The notes under the pieces: model-generated
What the model saw: the letters and a program-made list of their open reading frames with translations, nothing else
Database searches by the model: none
Told to the model about the DNA's origin: nothing
Translations under genes and position numbers: made by a program
Origin: a virus
Taxonomy: Duplodnaviria > Caudoviricetes
Direction: 5' to 3' (one strand)
Length of the DNA: 32,448 nt
IMG/VR virus record: IMGVR_UViG_3300009678_000111
Span: 1 to 32,448 of that record
Part shown: positions 7,701 through 17,112 of the stretch, in pieces
Layout of the letters: each line of letters opens with the position of its first letter
How positions within the stretch are numbered: position 1 is the first letter of the stretch

Positions 7701-9836
7701 TTACGCCTCCCTCAATACATACCAGATTTTCATCACCGTAGGAAACCCCTGCGATTGTGTTACCCATCCTCGAACCGTATTGCCATCATGCGCTAAGAAG
7801 TGCGGCTTGAAGCTGAATGCATATTCGTCTTCTGTTTCACCGGCATCTGTCGTCACACCACTACGATAGTACGCCAATGTATCCTCTTCTTCATCAGGGT
7901 CAAAGTTGACAATCTCGTAATGGATCTCCCAATGATGCATGTTTATCAAGCCCCAATTGTGCTCGATGTCTGCCGATACATCAAAGCCGTAATCACCTGT
8001 TGGCTCTACTCCTGTATTGTCCCATTCAAGGAATCCCATGAGAATACGCTTCGGTTGCCGTCCACCTGTAGGCTCAGGATCACGCTCGATGTAGATAATA
8101 TCAGCAATACGGCTTGTCTGTATATCACCTACGCCATGCCACGTCACATCATCACCACTACCGATGGCTAACCCAGAATCACCGATAGGAGCCTTTGCTG
8201 TCCACGAGTACGATCCTGCAGGTACATATGCCCTGTACTGAATACGACCACCACCAATGTCTACAGCTACAAAATTGACAGAGGTGTCAGTACTTGTCTG
8301 TCCATTCGAATCAAAATCGATTTCATAGGTCGTATCGTCACCGACAACGCCACCGTCAACGTACATCTGCAAAGGACGCGAAATGTCTATGATGTTTGGT
8401 GTTCCTGGTGTAAGCTCTACAACGACTCTCTTGCTGCCTGTAAACTTGACTCTCTGACCATTGGTGATCGTTGTTGCTTCGTCGGAGTCTTCTAAGTCCC
8501 AAGTATAGGCACCACTGGCATCGTCTTCATACCACGACTCAACTTTTACCTGACCCGTACTCGTTTGAGTAACAACAAAGTATCCTCTCTTGGTATAGGT
8601 AACAGGCAGAGCACTGGTCTCATTTTCAAATGTGATTCCAATTGTTTCATCATCAGAAGTAAAATCATTTACATCATCATCATGTGTTTGATACACCGAG
8701 AACGGTCTATCGATCTCAAAGAGATTTGGACTCCCGGGTGTAAGCTCTACGACAACACCGTTCAACCCTACAAAGCGAACACCATCACCACTGTCGATTG
8801 TTGCAGACTCGTTGCTGTCTAAGACATCGAAAGACCACGACGTAAGAAAGTTCGGTATGAATCCTCGTATGCTTCTCTGACCGCCTGTATCATCCGTAAC
8901 ATCAAAACGTACAGCTACGGCTGTAGAAGTCTGACCATTACTATCGAAGTTGATGTCTGTAGTATTTGCACCACCTACGGCTACGTTTTCATCTCTAATC
9001 GTAAGCGGCCTATCAATCTCGAATGTATCGGGACCTGTGACAACAAAGACTACACCATTGAGTCCTGTCCCTGTGACTGTATCGCCATCTTCAACCAATG
9101 CATCGTTCGTGCCATCAGAAAGCGTCCACGATGTCATAGCTCCAGATACTGCTGGTACAAAACCACGTACACGTAAGCGCGTAGGACTAATAACGTCTAC
9201 TTCAAAATTGATCGCTACGTCTGTCGATGTCTGTCCGTTGCTGTCGAAGTCTATTTCAGAGGTAGACTCATCGCCTACGGCAACACCATCTTCATAAATC
9301 TGTAGTGGTCTATCGATCTCGAAGATGTTCGGAGTACCCGGAGTAAGCTCTATGACAACACTGTTGATGCCTACAAAACGTATGTTCTCACCAGCACCAA
9401 TTGTCGTCGTTTCGTCCGAGTCCGACACATCAAACGTATAGAATCCTGCACCTATAGCTACAGCTTCTATGATTGCTTCGTCGTCTTCACCCTTGGTAAT
9501 AGCAAAAGTGATGTTGCCACCACTGCGGAAGTTGAGGTACTTAACAGTCTTGGCTACGCCACTATCACGTACAGCTACGTCAACATCATCTAAGCGTACA
9601 GTTAAAAACCTATCGAGATCAAATGTCTGCCCAAGCTTCTGTATGTCTATCGTTTCATACGGCGAACGTAGAACGACAATAGAAGGATTCTGGTCGTCTG
9701 AAACAGAAGGAAAACCACCACGCACAACAACATCAGCATCAGGGACAACAATACCTTGAGCTTGAGCACCTTCTTTCCGAAGCCGTTCAAACTCTCGCCG
9801 TGTCTGATGGTCGTCATGTTTCCAACCTGTTTGCAT
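7701..9836 (-). CDS. acidic repeat-containing tail fibre / fibre-hub protein
   Basis: 711 aa with four ~100-aa repeats (..FEIDRPLQIY..G...IDFDSNGQTST..); lies downstream of the nozzle-like gene. Confidence 0.75.
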   Translation of the reverse strand: MQTGWKHDDHQTRREFERLRKEGAQAQGIVVPDADVVVRGGFPSVSDDQNPSIVVLRSPYETIDIQKLGQTFDLDRFLTVRLDDVDVAVRDSGVAKTVKYLNFRSGGNITFAITKGEDDEAIIEAVAIGAGFYTFDVSDSDETTTIGAGENIRFVGINSVVIELTPGTPNIFEIDRPLQIYEDGVAVGDESTSEIDFDSNGQTSTDVAINFEVDVISPTRLRVRGFVPAVSGAMTSWTLSDGTNDALVEDGDTVTGTGLNGVVFVVTGPDTFEIDRPLTIRDENVAVGGANTTDINFDSNGQTSTAVAVRFDVTDDTGGQRSIRGFIPNFLTSWSFDVLDSNESATIDSGDGVRFVGLNGVVVELTPGSPNLFEIDRPFSVYQTHDDDVNDFTSDDETIGITFENETSALPVTYTKRGYFVVTQTSTGQVKVESWYEDDASGAYTWDLEDSDEATTITNGQRVKFTGSKRVVVELTPGTPNIIDISRPLQMYVDGGVVGDDTTYEIDFDSNGQTSTDTSVNFVAVDIGGGRIQYRAYVPAGSYSWTAKAPIGDSGLAIGSGDDVTWHGVGDIQTSRIADIIYIERDPEPTGGRQPKRILMGFLEWDNTGVEPTGDYGFDVSADIEHNWGLINMHHWEIHYEIVNFDPDEEEDTLAYYRSGVTTDAGETEDEYAFSFKPHFLAHDGNTVRGWVTQSQGFPTVMKIWYVLREA
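8215..9443 (-). repeat. four tandem ~300-bp coding repeats (IDRPL / DFDSNGQTST unit)
   Basis: Protein repeats FEIDRPLQIY, FEIDRPLTIR, FEIDRPFSVY and IDISRPLQMY. DNA remnant GTAAGCTCTA recurs near 8410, 8740 and 9343. Confidence 0.85.
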
Positions 9837-10540
9837 TAGGAAGCAGTCCTTCGACGCATAGCTGTGTATTCAATACTCAACGACCTCACAATAACCGTGT
9901 ATCCCAATGTAGAGAAGACAATGCGAGAGCGTCGGAACTTCTTCATTGGAGCTACCAGTGCTACCGATTCACGATAGACACCCGGATCGCTTGGAGGATT
10001 CAGGATGTTTATACCTGTAGGTGTCTCTCGAATAGAACCATAGATGTTAATGGCATATCTGGCTGACATATTTGCTTTGATCAGGTCTACGGATACTCCT
10101 TGGTCTACGGCATTGACATATGCTGCATTGCGGAAGAAGATTTCGAACACAGGCTCATTCAACGTCGCAACATCATAGGTGTAATAATCCTCAGGGTAGT
10201 ACGGAGAGTTAATGCTTCCTATCAGTTCCGGCTCCTGTGCTTCGAGTGTAGCACGTTCCAGAAGCATATCGTTGATGCCATCACCAGCTTCATGTGTGAC
10301 GATGCGAGCCGGTATCTCTCTGAGGGCTACGATCTTACCATTTACATCGCAATCGTAAAAACTCTGGTAGTATTCGTCGTAGAGGAATTCTTGATCCCGT
10401 TTCCAGAACAACACCTTCGCACCGTTGTACCCGGCGCCATTGACCTCGGATACGACAGCTTTGATCATCGATGGCATGCATGATGTCATACGATGGAACT
10501 TGGACCACGTTCTCTGACGTTCTGTTTTGAGTATTGGCAT
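9836..10540 (-). CDS. tail protein, possibly the separated C-terminal domain of the nozzle
   Basis: 234 aa, TAATG-coupled on both sides; ends KKFRRSRIVFSTLGYTVIVRSLSIEY. Confidence 0.6.
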   Translation of the reverse strand: MPILKTERQRTWSKFHRMTSCMPSMIKAVVSEVNGAGYNGAKVLFWKRDQEFLYDEYYQSFYDCDVNGKIVALREIPARIVTHEAGDGINDMLLERATLEAQEPELIGSINSPYYPEDYYTYDVATLNEPVFEIFFRNAAYVNAVDQGVSVDLIKANMSARYAINIYGSIRETPTGINILNPPSDPGVYRESVALVAPMKKFRRSRIVFSTLGYTVIVRSLSIEYTAMRRRTAS

Positions 10541-13500
10541 TATACCTCCCAGAGAGCATTTTCACGAGAAATAGCATCGCCAAATTCAGGAAACTCGATA
10601 CTCTCAGCTCTCCATGTCTTCGATGCAAAGTCAAAGATCAACGACAGCTCACCTTTGAATTCATGGTCCTGTGAGAACACGTCAGAGTCTGGTGTAGTTG
10701 TAGGGGCATCTTCACCCTCTACCAAGTCCAAAAACGGTGTGGTGATGATTAGAGAGTCCTTTACGGGGTCATAGGAGAGTGTCAGGTATCTGTTATACCC
10801 GTCTTCAATCGGTACCGGCTTGATCTTGTTAATCCTCATCAGTGGATGTGGACGCATGATTGCCAGCCACTGATACGATGGTACGATAGCCTGGGCAATG
10901 TTCTCAGGAATGCGACCATCAGAGATCCACACACCGTTATCGTTGCACCAGACAACTCCATATGGTGTAGAAACGACCGTCTTGGGATTATACGATCCTT
11001 GGCCGGATGTCTTCTCAAGAAGCTCCCATGACTCAGGTTGTGTTACCGAAGGCATCTGCAGACGATATACTTCGTGTCTGTTGAATACCCAGAGCTGTTC
11101 ACGGTACTCTTTCAAGGCAGTAATCGGCAGTGCCCCAAACTTGAGCCAGTCAGCCTTGTTGAAGACATCCAAGGAAATGTTAGCACCCTGTACCGCTGAG
11201 TACCTGACAGTACCTTCTTCTTCCTCGCCTTGCTCATCAATGGTGCCACCTAAAAACACCCTGCCTTTGATCTGCTCTACACATCGTGCTGAGCGTCCAT
11301 GCCAATAGGTACCATCTGAGTTAAGACTAAGCGTTGGAGCACCCGTAGCGTAATCCCAGATGAAGTAGTCCGGTGTCATTGGGAAGTTGCCGAAGAACGG
11401 GAAGACACTACTGTTGTACGGATCGCCATCAGCATTCATCGGCCATGAGATAACCCTATCCGGCAACGATCCCCACGAGTTGATGTCTACAGGGTCACCA
11501 CGATAAAATGTTCTCCATTCATCGAAGTTCTCTACGTCAGCAAAACCATCGGTACGACCATCGAAAACAAACGATCTTAAGAGCCCATAGTTCTGTGGGT
11601 TGTCGTCCCAATATTCTTTCTCAGGAAGTCCGTAGTACGTTGCCGGTACGTTCTTCGAGATCGAGAACAAGCCTATGCTCTTGAACCGTGACTTTGTCTC
11701 TGATGCCTTAGCAATGTAAACGTTGATGCGCTCTACGCCCCACGCCACCAATTTGTCTACAGAATCATTTTTGATTCTAATGTTGATGTAAAGGTAATTG
11801 GCTTGTGTGAGCTTTGGTCTATAGCCAATGCCATTGTTGGTGTTAGCATGGTTGATGTAGTAGGTTTCATCATAGAGAGGAATGGTCAAATCTTGTGTGT
11901 AGGGTGGTTGCTGTGAGGGATTGAAGGGCTCCCAACAATAACCTACGTAGTCCGGTAGCCCCTTGTCGTAGAGTTCGTTTGCTGCAACGGCAACGTCACG
12001 CTTAACAGGAGCTGCTATTACCGGCAGACAAAATGCTTGCTTGCCGTCAATAAGTATACCCGCATCATAGCAACCGTAAAACATCCTGCTGAGACTCGAA
12101 GGTCTCCACGCATCAGACTCTAAGAAGTCGTTATGCGCTTCGTAGTACCACAACGCTGAGCCTGTTGGAAATCCCAACTGCGTTTGAAAATTACCATTGA
12201 GCATGTACCAGCGTAAAGTGTGATTTGCTGCTACGTTGAACAAGTTCGGATTAGGATCAAAATGCTCAGTCCTGACTTCATAGACATAGTCCAGAAGTTT
12301 TATTTCTGTGCCATTAACAACAGCCGTAACCACCAGAGGTATTTTCTCGCCTTCCATCCAAGGACGAGGAGTACCGTTCTCGAGATAGTTCGGAAGCCTG
12401 GTACCAAGTATCATGTACCCACGATGGTTCCAATTTGGATGTCGGTCTTCATTGGGTGCAAACATGATGTGTGAGAATCGCTCACCACCCCACTCGTACC
12501 AGATCACAGACATTGGAGAACCAATTGCCTGCAAGAACCATTCTTTATTCGCATATGTAGCTGATAGTGTGCGCTCCTCGAAAGAACGTGCTGACTTTGT
12601 ACCTGGCTCGGCTACCTCTACATATGCCCATTGGTTGTTGTTTTTGTTGTACGAAATACCATTCAAGACTTCCAGTGACTCAGTAAACGCAAGGTCACGA
12701 TTGAAGTAGTTATCGAATAGCGTGTCGATATATGGATAATCCAATGGATTGCTGACGGGGTCTTTGTCGGCATTGTTAGCCGTATACCACGAAGCAAAAT
12801 TGGTATCTACGGGACGTGGTTGCATCTCTCCAATACACACTTCTATATCGTGTGTCATAGCACCGTAAAGTATTTGACTTGGAGTATCTACTTCTACAAT
12901 TCGAATGACCTCGTTGCGGAGCATCCACGTACTCGGATATCGCACCTTGTGAGTACCGTAGAGATTGTTTGTGTTGTAGATCGGCGTTAAGTCTTCAAGA
13001 GGAATAGCACCGCCATGATTAGCCAGCTCGATGATGTTCCAATAGTCACGATATCCCTTGTCACGCTTCGACTCTATACCCCACCACCCCCAGACGTAAC
13101 ACGGGTACATGTTGATCGATACCGTTGGGCTGGTCGTCGGTATATCTTCTGTCGTTCTGTATACCTCGGCATCATAGGGAACAACGTCTTCTGAGTTTAA
13201 TGCCGTTGTAAGTATAACTGTACCACCGTAGTGCGTGTAATCGGTCAATAGTCCTCGAGGCATCCACCCCGGATATGGATGTATTGTACCACCATAACCA
13301 TTGATGAATGGATTTCTCCATGCTGGTTGTCCTGCCCCTGTTTCGGCCAGACATGCAACGATCATTGTAGCATTCTGATATGCTTCCATCCAGTCTTCTA
13401 CTATCTCACTGTAATACCTCAGATACACCAAAGGCACCGTCTCAGAATAAAGAGTCCTGCTGGATTTGGTAAAGTCCAAGCCAAGAACTTGATTCTGTTC

Positions 13501-13857
13501 GTTGGTTGCATCGTAGGTATCCCAATACGGTACAAACGTTCCTGTCTCAAAAGATAACTGTCCTGTATCTACAGGATCGTAGTTGACGTTAGCTTTGATA
13601 CCCGGTGGGTGTGGTCGGTCTATAAACTCACTACCATACGCCGGATCGTACTCGAGGACAAAACGCCAGCCTTCACGCTTGACGAGACCACCTTGCAGTA
13701 CGGTGTGGTTATAGTTCTCGAGCCATGCTACCGATTGGGTAACACCTTGCTGCATCTCATTGGGCATGTCTTGTTTGACCGTCTCAAACATGCCTCCTTG
13801 AAATGATGCTACAACAAAGCTCTTCTTATCCATTAAAGCCCCCTGTACCCTCACCAA
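10540..13857 (-). CDS. tail nozzle / stabilisation protein (P22 gp10 / T7 gp12 / crAss muzzle-like)
   Basis: 1105 aa. N-terminal F.GG...N......GGLVKREG, and C-terminal propeller-like blades (GRVFLGG..VRYS; ITALKEYREQLWVF; GSYNPKTVVSTPYGVVWCNDNGVW) typical of this family. Confidence 0.75.
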   Translation of the reverse strand: MVRVQGALMDKKSFVVASFQGGMFETVKQDMPNEMQQGVTQSVAWLENYNHTVLQGGLVKREGWRFVLEYDPAYGSEFIDRPHPPGIKANVNYDPVDTGQLSFETGTFVPYWDTYDATNEQNQVLGLDFTKSSRTLYSETVPLVYLRYYSEIVEDWMEAYQNATMIVACLAETGAGQPAWRNPFINGYGGTIHPYPGWMPRGLLTDYTHYGGTVILTTALNSEDVVPYDAEVYRTTEDIPTTSPTVSINMYPCYVWGWWGIESKRDKGYRDYWNIIELANHGGAIPLEDLTPIYNTNNLYGTHKVRYPSTWMLRNEVIRIVEVDTPSQILYGAMTHDIEVCIGEMQPRPVDTNFASWYTANNADKDPVSNPLDYPYIDTLFDNYFNRDLAFTESLEVLNGISYNKNNNQWAYVEVAEPGTKSARSFEERTLSATYANKEWFLQAIGSPMSVIWYEWGGERFSHIMFAPNEDRHPNWNHRGYMILGTRLPNYLENGTPRPWMEGEKIPLVVTAVVNGTEIKLLDYVYEVRTEHFDPNPNLFNVAANHTLRWYMLNGNFQTQLGFPTGSALWYYEAHNDFLESDAWRPSSLSRMFYGCYDAGILIDGKQAFCLPVIAAPVKRDVAVAANELYDKGLPDYVGYCWEPFNPSQQPPYTQDLTIPLYDETYYINHANTNNGIGYRPKLTQANYLYINIRIKNDSVDKLVAWGVERINVYIAKASETKSRFKSIGLFSISKNVPATYYGLPEKEYWDDNPQNYGLLRSFVFDGRTDGFADVENFDEWRTFYRGDPVDINSWGSLPDRVISWPMNADGDPYNSSVFPFFGNFPMTPDYFIWDYATGAPTLSLNSDGTYWHGRSARCVEQIKGRVFLGGTIDEQGEEEEGTVRYSAVQGANISLDVFNKADWLKFGALPITALKEYREQLWVFNRHEVYRLQMPSVTQPESWELLEKTSGQGSYNPKTVVSTPYGVVWCNDNGVWISDGRIPENIAQAIVPSYQWLAIMRPHPLMRINKIKPVPIEDGYNRYLTLSYDPVKDSLIITTPFLDLVEGEDAPTTTPDSDVFSQDHEFKGELSLIFDFASKTWRAESIEFPEFGDAISRENALWEV

Positions 13858-14680
13858 GCCATCGTAAAGGCTGAGCCACTACTACAGACCTCTCATCGAC
13901 GAAAGTCCGCGTCAGGACCCTTAGAGCCCTTAATTCTTTGTCGTACTCAGCTGTAGCAAAAGCCATCTTCTTCTCAGCCTTCTCATCACCACGCATAAAC
14001 ATCCTACGTGTCACTCGAGAGAGAACACCTGTTGCCATTGTCGGCATAACAAAGTCTGGTATCGACGTCGCCTCGGTCCACTTCTGAAATGCCCATGAAG
14101 ATTGTGTCAGCACGATAGCTGTAATCGACTCTCCTACTGTGAAGATCTCCGAGAACCACAGATGTATCGATTCGTCGTCTTGGCGTATAGCGTTGAACTC
14201 TCGGGAGTCGAAGCCTGTGCTGTTTAGGGGAAATGCATATCCCGATGCCGGCCACGTAGAGACAGCTTGAAACGAATACTCCTGTGCTTCTATGCTCTCA
14301 CGACGAACGAGCAACAAAGACTGCACTCGTTCACTGGCGGGGATGATAGCGACATAGGGATTCAGCTCTACCCACGCTGGCGGTGAGTCTACGGTCAGGG
14401 TCCAGTATTTCGCCGTTTCCGTGACATAAGCGATTTTGCCAATGTCCCCGACAACAAAACCCGAAGCAGAAGTGCGATCAGTATCAAGAGCATACGTATA
14501 GTCAATCTGAGGAATAGGGGTAACCTCAATGCTGTTCGTCCAGATACGACAGACAGAACCTATCGAGTCGGCAATGTCACGAGCGAAGTCGAGATATTCG
14601 CCACGCTGCACACGTTCGAATGCTTCGTCACCAATATCTGACTGCACTTGTGAAAACAGCTTGAGAAGCGTTGTTGCCAT
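13826..14680 (-). CDS. head-tail adaptor / ring protein (tail tubular protein A-like)
   Basis: 284 aa. Helical N-terminus (TLLKLFSQVQSDIGD), central beta region and helical C-terminus starting IPDF; directly upstream of the nozzle. Confidence 0.6.
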   Translation of the reverse strand: MATTLLKLFSQVQSDIGDEAFERVQRGEYLDFARDIADSIGSVCRIWTNSIEVTPIPQIDYTYALDTDRTSASGFVVGDIGKIAYVTETAKYWTLTVDSPPAWVELNPYVAIIPASERVQSLLLVRRESIEAQEYSFQAVSTWPASGYAFPLNSTGFDSREFNAIRQDDESIHLWFSEIFTVGESITAIVLTQSSWAFQKWTEATSIPDFVMPTMATGVLSRVTRRMFMRGDEKAEKKMAFATAEYDKELRALRVLTRTFVDERSVVVAQPLRWLGEGTGGFNG

Positions 14681-14704
14681 TGGCGTAGAACTCCTGTATT
14701 CATA

Positions 14705-15229
14705 CTACAATACCGGTATAAATTCCGGTGGATGAATACAACCAAGATACCGCCACTTTTTGGTATTCACATCTAGTGATCGCTGACGTTCCAGAACGCC
14801 GTCGCCATCACGAGAACCGACAGCATTTGTGTTCCCCTCTACAGTACCAATGCGAAACTCGTCTCGAACAGTAATGCATACTCCTTCGTGTCCTTTGCCG
14901 GCACCTACTTCGAACAATACAAGACCACCAACAACGGGCATATCAGCTACTTTTAGAAGTGGAGAACCCTTAGCATTTCGAAACGTCTGTATCACACCAC
15001 CGGAGAGGACATTTTTTAACGTACTGTGTATCTCTGAACCTTGATATGCCTCTAACCACAGAAGCTTTGCGAAGTACGCACACCACGCTTGTCCGGGTAT
15101 CCACCCGAGCTTACGCATCCTGGCTTCAAAGTCTTCACTGCTAAAGCCTGCGTTCTTGCCTACCTCTTTAATACCAACGTAGCTCTTTGCCAGCTCAACT
15201 ATTCTTTGCTGTACTTCCTCGAGACTCAT
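14705..15229 (-). CDS. CHAP-domain peptidoglycan hydrolase (endolysin)
   Basis: AKSYVGIKE..KN, catalytic-Cys motif AWCAYF, His in GHEG, and TVEGNTN: CHAP family signatures. Confidence 0.88.
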   Translation of the reverse strand: MSLEEVQQRIVELAKSYVGIKEVGKNAGFSSEDFEARMRKLGWIPGQAWCAYFAKLLWLEAYQGSEIHSTLKNVLSGGVIQTFRNAKGSPLLKVADMPVVGGLVLFEVGAGKGHEGVCITVRDEFRIGTVEGNTNAVGSRDGDGVLERQRSLDVNTKKWRYLGCIHPPEFIPVL

Positions 15230-16085
15230 TTCTTTGCTCCTGCGTTAAGGTGGTTTGACCTATCGAAGATACTAAAGCCATAAGCTCTTGAACGCTTGCT
15301 TGCTCCATTTGCTGATTGGTTGCTTCTGCAATTTGCTTCTGCATCAACAACACAAGAAGTCTGATGTGTGCATCGGGAATGTCAACGAGTTTTAACCACG
15401 ACGATCCCACTGCATCTTCTGCTTGCAGGTTGTCGAGCATCGGTACACGCCGTCCCCAAATAGCAAAACGCTCAGGTTGGTTGTAGTCGAATCCCGTACC
15501 AGGAGGATTTAAGAAGTCGGTGTCTAAGACAGAACCCAAGTACAGAAGAATACGATGTCCGTGATGCGCCCAGAGAATCGATTGCCGATACTGATCGTTC
15601 AGCTCTGTAGCGATACCCGAAAGCTCCTGTACCGTCTTACGTGTGCATGGTCCTGTCCATACTGTTGTAATGCCACTTTGCGCCGTTGACTTGATAGCTG
15701 TAACACGTTCAACACTATCGATAATGTTCATCGGTACGAAGCTGCCGGCTGTTACTCCATCGGGAGAGGCAAACGTCCGCTGACCACTGTTCGCTGCTGC
15801 ACCTGTCTGAGCTACCACCGTTGAGAGATCGATCCAGTTAAGCTGTGCTACCTTCGCTGACTCTTTTGTTGCTTCCCAAAGAATACCATAGGGATCTCTG
15901 TTGGTAAGTCTCATCATGTCAGCTACCTGGGTAATAGCTGCATTGAGAAAGTACCTTAACAATTCGTTGTTAACAACCTTTGAATCAAGGTTCTTACTCA
16001 GCATTCGCACATACGTAACGATACGAGCGTGCGTCCATCCTGAAGATAGAGGTACAAGTGCTGCTGGTGGTTGGATGATTGGCAT
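15195..16085 (-). CDS. head-tail adaptor / ring protein
   Basis: 296 aa with the same layout: helices (IVTYVRML..ELLRYFLNAA), beta core, then DIPDAHIRLLVLL helix. Confidence 0.6.
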   Translation of the reverse strand: MPIIQPPAALVPLSSGWTHARIVTYVRMLSKNLDSKVVNNELLRYFLNAAITQVADMMRLTNRDPYGILWEATKESAKVAQLNWIDLSTVVAQTGAAANSGQRTFASPDGVTAGSFVPMNIIDSVERVTAIKSTAQSGITTVWTGPCTRKTVQELSGIATELNDQYRQSILWAHHGHRILLYLGSVLDTDFLNPPGTGFDYNQPERFAIWGRRVPMLDNLQAEDAVGSSWLKLVDIPDAHIRLLVLLMQKQIAEATNQQMEQASVQELMALVSSIGQTTLTQEQRNESRGSTAKNS

Positions 16086-16792
16086 TAACTGGTAAGAGCT
16101 TGAGCAAGCTGGTTGATGTCGACTAAGTCCTGAGAGTCAATGCGACCATACAGAACCGAACGCGAAATAACCTTGTCCATGAGACTCGGTTCGAAGTCCA
16201 TTACCACGTCCCCATCAGCATACGTAGAAGGGCTCACAGGCATCGGTAGATAGTCTACGAGCACTTCTGGATAGTCACCCGTGACGTTCAACTGATTCTG
16301 CTCCGGTGGTGACCATACGACAGTAACCTCCGTATCTGTCCTCGTAGAGTCAAGACGCATGGCATATGCCGGATCAGGATTCAGAATGTGCTTCTGTGAA
16401 ATCTCTCCTATGATCTCATGCCACGATCTCGGTGTACACAGATACGGCCTACGTGTAGGTGATGCAGCCTCCCAGATGCGTACAGCGTAGATATGAGCCA
16501 CTACTTCGCCGACAGCAACTGTCCCCCAGGTCGCTGCAGGCATTGTAGCGGATGCGGAACGAGACCACGTAGGAAACATCTTTTGTATGATCTCTGATTG
16601 CTTACTAGGTGGTAGAGCCACCACTTGCTGCAGTACACTCGAGACAAACCATGTCATAGCCCGATACAGATAGTTGTCTCTGAGGGCCTTAGAGTAGCGT
16701 ACACCGTCGCTGATAGTAGAAGGGGAACCTGATATGTCTATCGGGTCCCCCAACGCTTGTGCGAGTGCTACGTGCGCTTCTGCAGCGGTCAC
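16085..16792 (-). CDS. head-tail adaptor / ring protein
   Basis: 235 aa, GTG start. MTAAEAHVALAQALGD..DNYLYRA..VDYLPMP..DFEPSLMDKVISRSV fits the adaptor pattern. Confidence 0.6.
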   Translation of the reverse strand: MTAAEAHVALAQALGDPIDISGSPSTISDGVRYSKALRDNYLYRAMTWFVSSVLQQVVALPPSKQSEIIQKMFPTWSRSASATMPAATWGTVAVGEVVAHIYAVRIWEAASPTRRPYLCTPRSWHEIIGEISQKHILNPDPAYAMRLDSTRTDTEVTVVWSPPEQNQLNVTGDYPEVLVDYLPMPVSPSTYADGDVVMDFEPSLMDKVISRSVLYGRIDSQDLVDINQLAQALTS

Positions 16793-16808
16793 TGGTTGCC
16801 TTTACTGT

Positions 16809-17099
16809 TTAGCTGTAGATATCCGAACCCTGCAAGCTCGTTGCCGAAGAGATGATCAACACACCTACGGTTGCTGTGTCTCCAATTGCATCGTTGGCAA
16901 CGTCAACATCCGAGTCAGCCGTTACCGTCGTCTTCTTCAAAAGAAGGTAGTAGACAGTCGTTCCCGGCTTAAACGGAACATCAACGGTTGCATCACCGCT
17001 TGCAAGGGTCGCTTCCGCAAGAACGGCAAGCTGGTCATTAGGAGACTCACCGTGCCATGTCGTGTTATTCGGAAGACGATAGATCTGTGTCCATGCCAT
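16809..17099 (-). CDS. small virion protein, possible capsid decoration
   Basis: 96 aa, AAGGAG SD, Thr/Ala/Val-rich, two genes after the capsid gene. Confidence 0.6.
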   Translation of the reverse strand: MAWTQIYRLPNNTTWHGESPNDQLAVLAEATLASGDATVDVPFKPGTTVYYLLLKKTTVTADSDVDVANDAIGDTATVGVLIISSATSLQGSDIYS

Positions 17100-17112
17100 T
17101 GTGAAATGCTCC

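Noticed and set aside
6280-9443. Diversity-generating retroelement (TR/VR pair) in the fibre repeats
   Set aside because: The repeats are in-frame coding units that differ at all base types, not just adenines, and no reverse transcriptase is visible in the window.
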